Assembly (NCBI RefSeq): GCF_009834535.1
Contig: NC_045696.1
Span: 33,730,001-33,794,000 of the forward strand
From: Camelus ferus
Taxonomy: Eukaryota
Direction of reading: 5' to 3'
Length of the DNA stretch: 64,000 nucleotides
In this document: one piece after another, positions 26,901-40,400 of the stretch
Numbering within the stretch: the first letter of the stretch is position 1
Layout of the letters: each line of letters begins with the position of its first letter
Position numbers and translations under genes: made by a program
Notes under the pieces: model-generated
Seen by the model: only the letters and a program-made list of their open reading frames with translations
Databases searched by the model: none
What the model was told of the DNA's origin: nothing

Positions 26901-28410
26901 TGCATTCTACATGTTCAAAAAAAAGATATTGAGTAGAAAATATGTTTATGGATAAGTCTACACTTTAAAACCACTGTTTGGGTATCTTGATTGTTAAAAG
27001 AGGAAATTCTTGATACAAAGAAACAGATGATACTCTTTATTTCATGACTGGGAATCAGTATGCTTATTTCATATGTATGTAAATTTTTTTCATTACATGA
27101 CTCTTTGCTTACAAGTGTTTAATCACAGCCACATTTTTTGGATGAAAAAGCTTATGAAAAACTGCACACGCTATTTCCATGCAATATTACTTTTCCGCAA
27201 TTCAGAACTATGTGATATTAACACTCCATGGTGACTTTGGGCTCAGTGGTACTGGATATTAGGATGATATTTACACTGAGCCTAACATATACAAAAAGTC
27301 TAAATATACTTTAGTTCAGTTTGCATTTGGGATTTAAAAATATTGCACATACACACCCTATTTCTCAACAAAAAGAAAAAAGAAAAAAATCAATTGTCCA
27401 ATAAAACCCATCCAGAGCCTATCCAGTAATCTCACTGTGTGATTTATAGCAGAAATATGTCTTAGAAAACATAAGAGTTTAACATGGAACATCAAGTAGT
27501 TATTTCAACTTCATAGTAGCTGGGATAATTTTTATATTAACCCTCAATGCCTATGAATAAAAAATCTAAGGGCAAGTAATCTATGAAAGAGAAAATTCAA
27601 CATATAGTTAAAAATTACATATTTTATTACCTTATTTTGAAAAAGATGAAAACTATATTAAAAGGAAAAATGGGCCAATAAAATGTTGTAGAACCTCCGT
27701 CTTATCTTAAAAATCTCCAGAAAACATATTCTTAGAATAAATATTGATTTAAAACATCAAAAATTAAAGATAATATTTACCTTTTTATTAACCTCAGTGA
27801 AAAAAATGCTACTCCATTCTCAACCTAGGGGGCCTTCTCTATAATTTTAATTCCCTTCCTCTTGTTCATAAAATAAATCATTGGGTCAGAGGTGAAATGC
27901 AATGTGTTCCAGTGCTTTCTGTCTCTTAGGAATTAAGCATCACCATTATGTTCAAAGATTGCCCTCCAGTTATTTTGTTCTAGAGTTGCTCAAAATGGAC
28001 CTTGTGACTCTGAAAGAGTTTCAAGGGGTGATGTCAGATGCCCATACTCCTTGGAGGCAGGACGATGAGATAAACCAGGCCTCACTTCCCTCCCACGTGT
28101 TTGTTCTAAACTTCCCAGCAGCGATGGCTTCCAGTGCCTCCTAGAGATGGAGCCCAGCTCCCTCCTTCCCAGTCTCAGCCAGCCCAGGAGACAGGCCCTC
28201 CTTGCCCTTCCTCCTCTTTGCTGTCTAAGTTCTGCTCATTTTGAGAAGACTTTCTTATGAGAATGAGTTGCTGCAAGCAGACACTCTGTAGATACATCAA
28301 GCAGAAAATATTTACTTTGCAACTATAGCAAGGAAAAAGATATCAAGTTTACCATTTAGCATAGTTTTTAAAGTCAGTGACGTATCTTGACTTAACTACT
28401 CCCTTTTCCT

Positions 28411-28442
<32 letters not shown>

Positions 28443-31400
28443 ACACACACACACTTTTTGTAATAGTATTTGGGCCCTGAGATCAATGAATAGACATATT
28501 TGAAGTCAATGCTTATATTTGCATGGGTTAAGGAGACAATCAGATTCATTAGGTTTTCTTAACTGAGAAGCTCTATTCAATCCCTGTTAGAAGATACAGT
28601 GGGAGAAATAGCTGGTGTGATGCTGTCGAATAGAGTACAAATATTTCCTGTCAATTGTTTGCCTAACAGCTGTAAAACACCTAAAGAGGACTTTCCTAAC
28701 TCCATCAAGACACAAACTCAAAGTATGACCAATATTCCATCAGCTGACACTCTTATTATTTGCCTAAAGATTTACAGTGGAATTATATTCTGCAGTCAAA
28801 CATAATTCAGTTTTAAATGCCTTTGAAATACTGTAGCAATTGTGCAGCATTGTAAAAACCTCATGTCATAAATTAGACACTTTAATTTAATACAGCTGGT
28901 CAGCAGCTCCTCATAAAAGATTATTGCCATGGCCATCAAAATTGTCAATAACCTTGAGTACCTATTATGTCCAAGACACTGTTTTTGCCAGGAATAGAAA
29001 CTTCCAGAAAACAGTGTTTCTGAATAAGGACCCAAGGTTGGTTTTCTAGGTGCCAGGTGAGTGGAAACTTACTTAAGGAAGAGAGAAAAGGCATCTGACC
29101 TTCAGTTAGCACCTTGCATCAAGCCCTGTGTCAAATTATTCATATATATTATCAAAAAAATCTTATAATAACCCTAGGAGATGGGTATCAATAAACATAT
29201 TATAGCTGAAGTTAAACTCAGAGAGATTTTTAAGTATTTAATCCAAGATCACACTGCAACCAGGCAGTGATAAGATCCAAACTGGAACCCAAAACAAACA
29301 CAATCCAAAGCCTGCATTATCCAAACCTGTGTTGCTTTGGCAATTGACAGTAACTCTCTCCACTAGACATGAGAATCTCAATTTATCATGGCCCTCTTTA
29401 AGATATTATTTTCTAAATCTTTAACTGCATTCTGTGGCTCTCCTATGAATCCTATCCAAGTTACATCTGTTTATCTAAAAACACTAATTCATAACTGGAA
29501 ACAACTATGGCAAAGTTCTGTTCACAAAGGGAAAGTAAATAATATATTTGCAATCACAAAACTTCACAGAGACAACATTTCAACAATCACTTAATTCAAC
29601 CCTCCTATTTTATAAATAAGAAAATTGTCTCCAATGATTTCATATAATTTATTACTAATAAATTCTCCATTAAGGACTTTTTTGGTTTTCTAATCCTGGG
29701 TGCGTGATATGAACTTGGTTCATCTACTTTAATCATGTAACCATTTGATTCATTTTTATACCATATTTTTCATATAGAAATCCACTATTCTGAATATTGA
29801 GGAAATTGATGTGCAATAACTAGATACAATATATCTAGTCTCAGTGGAAGAGGGAGAAATGGAAATTGAAGAGCTTGCTGTGTTTGCCTGGGCTACTCTG
29901 ATAAATTAAACTGACATACAAAGCTCTGAAAATTCTGATCTCTACCTATGCCTCTTCTTTTGTCTCCACTCACACCAGTATTTTTTGTTTCTCATTGAAT
30001 ATTTAAGTTCAGTCCTTCCTCAGGGCCTTTGCACTGGCTTTCCCCCTTGCCTTGAATAATTTCTCCCTAGAAATTTGTGTGATGAGAAGCTCTCTTATTT
30101 CCTTCTGGTCTGTGCTCAAATGTAATAGTCTTAGAGAGACCATCTATCATCATCCTAAGTAAAACAATACCTTGTATTTCATTATATATGTATAATATAT
30201 AATTATATGTATTTTTATATATAGGAATGCATATATAGTGGAAGCCTGTCTCTTCCACTAGAAAGCTCCACAAGTGTATAAGCTTAGATGCTCCTGTTCA
30301 CTGATATAGTCCCACTACCCAGAACACAGAAGGACCTTAATAAACACTTGCTTTGTAAGTCAATGAAAGGAACAGGAGATAGACTTGAAGGCCAAGTTTA
30401 AGATAATACCAAGAAAATTCTAATAATAGTTGCTAAAACATTTCCATGATTCATCCTTCCTAAACTGAAATTTGACATCTTTCCAAAGGTCTTCTCTATT
30501 CAGTCATGCAGATTTGGGGAAAAAAACTGAATTGTAGAGTTTTTGCATTTACACACCACCTCACTTAATACTATTCTGGTTATGACACCTTCGACAATCA
30601 CTCTCACATCTAGCTATAATTTGGGGCTTTTGTTCCTATATTCCAAGTTAAATGGTGACTAGGTTACTTACGCCAGAATGCTAAAAGGCACTGCATTTAT
30701 TACTCTCCTGGAACTGATTATCCTGATAGAATTTCTTATTGACATATCAAACTGTTTATTAAAGCCAGCCAATTCACTGAAGTTTTTCTATTTTCACCCT
30801 CCCCAGGTTATAAAAGTATTCACCATGTGCTATCAAATAGGACATTCGTTGGTCCCATTAGCATCTTAGGCTTCTAAGAACTAAGTGCTCAGTTCTTGTG
30901 AGAAGTTCATAATTACTCTTCAAATAAGCGGTTATGCCTCCCAATTCACCCCTATCGAGGGCTGGGTCATTTGAGTATGGATTTCACCTTCCTCTTTACG
31001 GTTGCTCTCTATGTTAATGTTCATATTTACTAGAAGGAAGGAGGAAAGAAGAGAGGGGAGGTGAAGGGAGAGAAGAAGTGGGGAAGGAACGGAAGGAGAG
31101 AAAGGCAGGCGGAGAGGCAGGCAAGAAGGTACCATTCTTCTGATACTGACAGGGGACCAACCACTCATCACCTCTCACCTGCCCCCTACCACAGGTGACC
31201 TACCACAGGTGGCCAGCCTTTCCTCATCATAGGATCACCTGGGCCACTTGTTACAGTGTGATTCCCAGATCCTCCCTCCGTAGCCTCTGAGTCAACAGGT
31301 CCAGAGTCAGGGAGAGGGGGCGGGGAGGGGCCGGGCGGCAGGTAATCTGTGACCTGAACAGCGCTAAGTCAATGGTTATCATACTTGAGCTTGCATCTGA

Positions 31401-34400
31401 ATCTCTGGGAGGGCTGGTGAAAACACAGATGACTCTACCCTGGAGTTCCTGACTCTGTAGGTCTGGGGATTTTTCATTTCTAATCAGCTCTCACATGATG
31501 CCCACGTTCCTAGTCTGGGAAACCACATTTTGAGAACTATTTTACTTGATGCCTCTTATAGCCAGGCCAGTTCAGAAGAAACATTGGTAACACATTTCTC
31601 TAAAACTACCACTGGAATGATGTATTATTTTTTCTCTAATGTAATTATCACACTTAAGTTGTCACCCAGCCATTTTCTGCGAGTCAGAAATCAGATTCAA
31701 ACACACCTCTGTGGACTCTTTATAGAAGGCAAAAAGGAGAGGATGCTCAATCTACCACTTTCTTTTACTGAGGAGGAAAAAATAATTAGCCTAAACCAGG
31801 CAGATACAGTCAATAATCTCTCGGTTATACACTCCAAAGAGTTAACACCACAACAAAGCAACACAGAAAACTCTTAAGAGAACACAGAAGGATGTATTCC
31901 GGGGTCAGACTCAGATCTCTGCTATGTCACCACGTAGCACCTAGTGGAATGAGCAAGGGCGAATTTTTAAAAGCTGATCCAGGCACGCCTATTATTTAGA
32001 GATCCAAATTGGGCCATCGGGGCTTAAGGAATGATGCTTCACGGCTCAATCCTGCCACTATAAACCCAGGCCGGTTGCATCACTACTTTCCATGAGGAAT
32101 TTAAGGGGTGTGACTGCATCCTTTCCAACCCTGCATTCCACATGTGACAAAACTGATCCAGCTGTTTGTCTGAAAGAAATTCCTCGCTGTCCTTAAAAAT
32201 TAAAAAGCAAGTGGATATCCGTCCTCTGGGGGCAAGTCTCCAGCTGGAACCTGGTACAGGCGGTTGCGAAACAGAGACAGTGCCCTGGAGGGCATCTGCT
32301 TTTCGAATTCTTACCTCGCCATAAGGGGGTTAGCCCCATCTTGCTTTTTGAAATGGCAGATTCTGGATGGAGGGTGCTGGCTTGGCCCAAAGCTCTTGAG
32401 AAGTGTTCATCCACTACTGACCCAATGTCTCCCTGGAAATAAGTGAAAAGGACACAGCGAGAGTTAAGGTACTCCATCTCGGCAGGCTGGTCTTTCTCCT
32501 CCTCCTCCTCCTCCTCATCCTCCTCCTCCTCCTCCTCCTCTTGTTTGCTGGGAAGGGTGACTTCCAGAGAGTCCTGCATCTTGCTGTATACCGCTAACTT
32601 CTTCTGGGATGGAATAAACAAAACACAGTATCAAAGACAGTTTGTAACAAAGCATTAACTAGTTAACTTTTTACTTTAAAAAATTATCTAAATATTAACA
32701 TATGTTCTCAGACTGATTCTTCATTTGCTTTACTCCACCCCTCCACCCCCAAAACCAGCTTTCTCCTTCCCACCCTGAGGGAGAAAAAAAGTCTGTTATT
32801 TCAAATTTGGTGGAAAAAAAAGTCCATTATCCAATGGTACCTTTTCAGAGTGTGAAAGACAGGTTGTTTTTCTTTCTCTTAATCTAGATATACCAAAAGG
32901 TGAATGTCTTGTAAAAAAAGAAAGTGACAGGTTTCTTCCACGTTTGTCCCCATTTTCTATTTTAAAGATTTCACATACAGCAACATTAAAGTTGGGGACA
33001 GGGAGGGCTGGAGATGGACGGCCCAACAGCTGGGGGAGGGGTGGGGAAGAAAAGAGCTTTTCATAAATGAAACGTACTAAAATAAAAACAGGAATGTAGC
33101 ATCTTATAAAAGGATTTGGCAGATGTGCTGAACTCATTTCTCAAAAATCACACTAAAATGACAAAATAAGTCTGTGTGAAGATCCATTTTGCATGGCACA
33201 TATTTTTCAGATGTTCCACTTGCCACCATTATCATAAAAGGGGAAAAAAAAGCTATTATTATGGATTATGGACAATAATACAAAATACGAGCAATGGGCA
33301 GTACGGCTTTCAAATAAAAAAGAAAACGTTTTGATAGCTGCAAAATATTTTCAAAACAGACGATCATAGCTATAATCATTTATATTATGGCTAGTAAAGC
33401 TCTTACATTTATTACCCCATTTAATCTTTACAATTCTGTAATGTGGTTATTATTACTCTCCATATTCTAAAGATGAAGAAACTAAAGCACAGAGAAGTGA
33501 AAGAACTTGCCAAAGGTCACAGAGTATATAAGTGGTGGACCCAGAAGGCATGATAAAAATATGCAGATGGGCATATGCACGCGCACGTATGTGTCAGAGG
33601 AGTGCAGGAGAGGGACATCTCGTCTGGGGAAAAACAATCACCAAAACATTACGTTTTGTATTCTTTTTCTAGGTGGTGAGCTTGTCAGTTAATTGTCATT
33701 TTCTTATTCCTGCTTTTCACTATTTCCAAAAAAATTTTTTTCCTTGAGCACGTATCACTTTCACAATCAACAATTTCAGTATAAATTACATATAAGAAAT
33801 AATGCTAAAAATGATAAAACTCATGATCTCAATGACAAAATGAGCATCCTAGCATCTGTATACCTACAAAACCTGACCGTTTGTCATATCATTTTTCTTA
33901 TTTCAGAAAGAAATGCATGCTGGGAAATGAATGTGAGTAGAGAAAAGGAAATCATTTCAGAATACTCAGTGAGCCCATAGTTTGGAAAATGTTATCAAAA
34001 CACATAATCCAGACTCTTAATGTTTCTAGTGGTAATTACTAGCTTCAAAATCTATAGCCCCAAATTATAAATGCATCATTGAATAAACTGTACCCTTTCT
34101 CCCAGCAATGAGTATGTTGTTCTTGTGTGAGGTAGGATCTGAAATGTTCAGGCGTATTACGAGCTGTTGGTTATGATTTTTATATATATTGCTTTTTATT
34201 TAAAACTTGTGTCAATACGGTTATCGCTTCTTGATGAATAGATAATTCATTCCCTGTAAGTGAACTTGCCTTGTTGATGAATAAGTGACTGTAATGACTG
34301 AGCAGTTATAAAATTCTTACAATCTGTTTTTCGCAGATTTGACCATGTTTATATTTAACTTCAATAGTAGAAACACCATAGTAACATAGGTTAACATATG

Positions 34401-37400
34401 TATAAAATGAGAGGGTGGAACTAACTGACCTCGAAAGTTACTCCTGGCTTTAAATTCCATTATAAAATTAAATGAATATCGTGACTTATTAGTCAAATTA
34501 CAGCACTGTTTCTCCGTGCACATATGCACTTATGAAAGTTACACCGTTTTAAGCATTTGCACACACTCTGTCAAACACGCTGGTGTATGAGAAAGAAGCA
34601 CTGGTTTTATACAGGAAAAAAATTAAAACTGATCTACTGAGTAGCTTGACTGCCACAAGTGTTCAGTAATATCTATGAAACTGGTATCTTCTTCCTGTTA
34701 ATGACGAACACAGCATCTCTCTGTGAGAGTTGGGCTTTGCACCTACTTGGTTTCATTTGTTTAATTCTAATATTTATGCCTTCAATGAAAGTGCCCGGGC
34801 TATGTTAATTACCCACAGAAAGGCAATGTTTTTATTTTATCCCAATTAGCAATTAATTCTTAGAGAAAATAAAATTAATTAAAATTATATATATGTGAAT
34901 GATTTGAAAACTGCAAATCAAATACAAAGAGAGCCTACACTTGTATGCAAATGTAGCACTGTATTATGATCAATAATGGTAGTAATAAAATTATCTTAAT
35001 TTTTACATTGATGATAGCTGAATTTAAACTAAAGATTCTTGATCTATTTAAAAGGTTTCACAATTTTCTAAATGCTATGTGGTTTCATGTTTTTATTTTT
35101 TTGACCAATTGTTGAATGGTTGGATACAAATAAATTAATCTAAAGGTTACACATTTTTCACTGTGAAATGGGGAAAAATAAGCAAAACCTTCCTTATACC
35201 GAAATACCTTTTAGTAATGTATTTTCTAAATGTCAATTCTGTCAATGGATGTATTGATTTTCTCTAATGTTAATACTTAATATATGTAATACATATATAG
35301 ACATATATGCATTTTGATAAGCATATATTGAAATATTTCTTTTTGATATGCAAATACCTGTGCTATAATAAAAATATCTGTCTTAGCTATTCTATTTAAA
35401 TACATTTTTGAGGGTGATTATAAAATACACTTTTTTTCCTCTCTCTCAGCTCTTTAAGGAAGGTCTTCTACTAATTAAATAAATTTGCTTGGAGACGACT
35501 AAACAAATAAAGAAGGAGCTTGTGATGTATCTACCAAAGGGCAGGACATAAGGCAAATTTACCATTCTCTCTTGCACTTTTTTCAAATAAAATTGCATCA
35601 ATTTTCACAAATTTTAGTGGACCACTTTAAATATTTACATTTACAACACACAGGTGCATTTATGGCCTCACCATCAATCAATATCACTGGTTACAATAAG
35701 AACTCTAAAGTATCCAAATGGCCTGATAGCTTCCTAAAATGCCAACACCGAATTTACACACATATTTTTAGACATCAAGTGTGAGCAAGGAGAAAACGGG
35801 AACACAGAATTTAAACAGCGGTCGATTGATTTGCTGACATTCACACCATCCTAATATTCTTCCCCACAGACCTTAAGCCTCAATTACTTTCTTTTATCTG
35901 TGCTTTGGTGATTGTAAATCAATTCTTTGTCTTTTCTTTTTTTTAAACTAAGTATATTCAATATATACACTGTGGCCATACTCTGTCTTCACTTGGTGTT
36001 TGTTCCTTGGAATGAAATTTCCCTAGTGTTACCTTCGTTTTTGAAAATAATGTATAAAATTCAAACTGTTGAAAATAAACCTCAAATCATCAGAACCTAG
36101 ATTTCCTGAATCAGGGCTGAAAAGCAATTTAGTTCATATTTTTCTCAAAATGCACCATCACTCCCTAAATATAGCCAAATCTGTCAGAAGTATTCACGCT
36201 TTTCTTACTAGACACTTAAGAATTGTTAACAAAAATAAAGGAGTCATCAGAAGGGATTTCAAAAGCTCCAAGTTGGTTTATTTAATGCACCTTAACTGTT
36301 CATCTCCTATCGCAGAGTAATGACAGGTTTTCTCCAGGTAAAAGGAAACGAGGAACAAGTTAACAGCCAACAAGTTGAAACTAACTCGCAAAGCTGTGAA
36401 AGCAGCAGTGTCAAGGAGTCAGCCAAGGCAGTGCGAACCAGACCCGACCACCTCCAAGCCTGCCATCAGCACAACAGAAACAAACTCGCACAGGAATGTG
36501 CAGGGGAAAGGATTTGTCTGACAAGAGAAGACTCCGCGTCAGGAGCCAAATACCGCTAACTCCCCAAGGCTTAAGCTTACAAAATGCCAAATGATTACTG
36601 TGCATATGTGGAAACTGTTTTCCTAAGGAAACAAAAGAATTTTAGTGAATCATTGGATATTTGGAAATTTTTTTTTCATTTCTACTGGCTCTGTTCTCTA
36701 AATGCAACGATTCTTTCATGCTGAAAGACACGCTTCAAGTCTACAAGAAAAAACTACTAGCCCAGAATAAAGGTTTCTGAATTGTGAAGTCCATAAAGCA
36801 GCACATTGCTCTCCGAGCATATGTTTCTGAACTTATTTGAATGACAGATTTTAAATATATTTCAGGGAGACCTGAGGTTTTGGTCCTTAGCCTGTTGGAA
36901 GGAGGAGGAATCAGGTGGACTGGAGGGCAGGTCAGGATAAGGGAGAAAGGCCACCGACCTTTTATATATTTTATTTCCCTGACTCTCATACACAGATATT
37001 TTGTCCAAAAAATATTCTCACTTTATATATGCAAAAACCGATTTACTTGGCCAGGATCATCTAACTAGTAAATGGCAGAGATGGGATTAGAACCCATTTC
37101 TGTCTGACTACAAAGCATCTGTCACGGAAACAGACTAAAGAAAATAAGCATATATAAAATACTTAGTTTAACTGAATAAACAAACAGAAGCCCACAGGCA
37201 GCCCGGCACCACATGCTAAGGAAAGTCTAAAGTTATTTATAACAAACATTTAAAAATTAGGGATGTAAACACAGAGATATGGCTATTAAATAATGTTGTG
37301 CTCTTCAAAATACATGTGTATCGAGATAAAACTGTCCTTCTATACCTAGAAATGTGTCATCCCCCTGACAAGTCAGACACATAATACAATTAATTGCCTA

Positions 37401-40400
37401 CCGTTTTTCTGGAAACTCTATTTTGGAAATGTGAGCAGAACCAGTTTGTGAGACACAGTCACACCCCGAGATTCTGTGTTTGATTGCTTTTTTTTTTTTT
37501 TTGGTTTTTATTTTTCTTAACAGTAGGAGGAGCAAACCAAAAAGAATATTAGCTATTTCTGAGTACACTTGCCTCTCGATGATTTTGGTCATTATCAAAA
37601 ATCAAAACCATCCCCTGGAAGGATGAAAATTTTCCAGTTTTGACGATGTTCAAAAAAAAAAATGTGCCACAGGCTGAGAGAGAATTTCAAAATTTGCATT
37701 CCCAAAATGTTTTAAGTAATGATCACATCGTGAGGGTATGTGCTCTCTTTCAAACTGACTACTTTGAATGAAACAACAGTTTCTGATGTATAAATTTCTG
37801 GTATGTTTATATAATCCTATTACTAGATTTAGGGTATGATTTCATTTTTAAAAATGTATCTGTTGTTCATCGAATTGTCAATTAATTCCTATTTCGTTTC
37901 AGTCACTGTGCAAAGACTTGGAGCCACAAAAATGAGTCAGAGCCGTGGAGAGAAGGCTGTGAGGAAAATGGTAAAGAAAGTGAACCTCAGGGTTTATCTA
38001 TGTGGCTAATTATCTTATTCCTCCAAGTAGCTAATATTCAAAGATTTTAAAAATGAGATAAGTAAGAAGGTAACATGAGGTAAACTACTAATTGCTTTCC
38101 TTGTTTCTAAAGAAGCCCACATGGGAAGGGAAACCAGTGGAAAGAGAACTTTACCAAAGTTCTCTTTGGGACGGGTAAGAGGATTTGACCAAAACTAGTC
38201 CATGAATCTGGGTAAGGCACCAAAACCTCTGGCCTTCAGCTTCCTCTTCTGACAATGAGGAATGTTGACTTGATTATCTCAGAGGTCTCATCCAGCTCTG
38301 TGTCCTAATAAACATGTGGAGCTCCAGACAAATTCACACTTAATTTTGTTTCTTAAATTGGCTGCCTCTTCTGATTTTGCAGGACACTGGCCAACAAAAC
38401 CTTACAGACCATTGAAGGCTAATTCAGTTGCAGACATAGGTCATTTAGCCCAATTCCTAGGAATTAGTTTTGGTCCTCCCTTTATCTATTTTCACAGTAA
38501 CAAGAAGGGAGGCATCATTCAAGTGTCCCCCCGACTCCATCCCCCAAGGACAAGCATTTTGGCACACCAAAACAATAAGAGGAAGGGACACCTGTTCACT
38601 TTAGGCCATCTTTCCTTTCTTCTTTCCTTTGTTTTTCCTCTGCTAAACTATAAGACAAGTGAAGAATAGTTCAGTTACCCCAGTTCAGACCACGCTTGTA
38701 AATTACTGGCATAAATCTGGAGTCCACTGAAATATCTATAAACATGGCATTTATGACTTGCTTCCAGCAGCAGATGTTTGGGGCTAAGGGTTCAAGGCAC
38801 TCTTAGGATCTTCCTAAATGAATAGTTAGAGCAGAAAGCCAGCTGCTTACGGAGGTGCTTTTTGAAAGATTCAGTGCAAAGTTTTGACCAAAACTATTTC
38901 CTTCACCGTTTCTGCCCGAGTCTGAAATTCAAGTCTTAGAGAGTTTTTATTTCTTGAATGAAAATGTTTTTCTAGAGATAACACCTTAAATTGTTATCTG
39001 TTACTAAATGTATCCATTTGGAGATTACCTTTTGAAAGCTAGCAGGAATTACGGTCTATGGAAACAGAATTCAAGTTAAGTGGCCAGGTTTTAGAACGAC
39101 AGTCGCTTAACTCTCAAGTTTGCTTTAGGATCTGCCCTAGGGATCATGAGCATAATATTCTTAGTCTCATTGAAAATGCCCTTTGCACAGAAAGATACAA
39201 GACAGCGTCTCTTCTGTAGTTGCCCAGGGAGGCACCATGCAGGACGGTTCTACCCTCTGATCATGCTCATCTCTTTTGTTATGAGTCATGTCTCGGTCAT
39301 CTCCAACTTTGTGAGATGTGAGACTTCGGCGAGTGCTGGGTGAAGCAGGACTTCCTTGCATTTAATGAAAATGCCCTTCACTTAGGTTTCCAAAGAGCAC
39401 TACCTTGTCCTGGCGTTGGGTTCCCTAGTGAATGGAGCCTCTCTACACATGATTTTATGGATTTCAAGCCTGCCCTTACTATCGGTATTGTAATCTCCAT
39501 TCTGGTTGACTGCCAGAGACAGCAGTTTGGTTTAGTTATTTTAAAGTTGAATTTTCCCTCTAGCTTCGAATTTTCTGGCTGGAAAGTTACGGGGAGCATA
39601 AAACTATGAGGCACTTTCAGCTTTAAGTCTCTACAGTCAAGTTAGTTTGTGCAGTATAGAATTGGAGGGGCTGTTCTTTCTCAAAGAAGTCCTGTATGAA
39701 TTCTTTTAAAGCCACTTAAGTCTTTGCTTACAGTCGCAAGAAAATGAGATCCTCCACCTCAAATCAGTGGACTGTGTATTGAAACTACTTAGAATATAAT
39801 TGTATTCTTTCCTCTTAATGAATCTCAACTTATGTTGGACTCACAATGATACATGAGGCACTTAGAACTGACTGTTAATACCACTTCCTGCGTATTATTT
39901 AAAAATAAATAAATGTTCATTTGCTAAGTGGATATTCTGCTTCATCCACAAAGGACGCAACATGGATGGCAAAAATCATTAGCATAATACAAATGCTTGC
40001 AAAAGGACTTTGGAATGCCTCAACTAAAAACGTACACTACCAAGGACTGGGAAAGAATTTCAAGCTCCGAGGCCAAAGAATCTACTGCATATTAATCTTC
40101 TTTATCAAAGAGTTGATTTGGAGCAATGAAGACAAAAATAAGCCTATTGTGCAATAGCAAAAAAAAAAAAAAAAAAAATCCTGGGAGATTGCATGGTATG
40201 GTGAAAAGGTGCTACACTGGGGGTCAGGGGATCCCGTGGTCCTATTTTTGTCACCAATTAGCTTTGAAATTTTTAACCTGACATTTCAGCTCCATAAACA
40301 TCCATTTCCTCATTTGTAAAAGGAGGGGTTGAAGCATGTTTTTCCAGGGTTTTTTTCCCCTAACAAACAGAATCTCAGAGAGATTGTATGACCTAACCAA

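Noticed and set aside
32443..32658. Plus-strand poly-Ser ORF
   Set aside because: Antisense shadow of the exon 2 poly-Glu repeat.
36320..36559. 79-aa plus-strand ORF with protein-like composition in intron 1
   Set aside because: No recognisable homology, splice context or retrogene hallmarks; length is within chance expectation.
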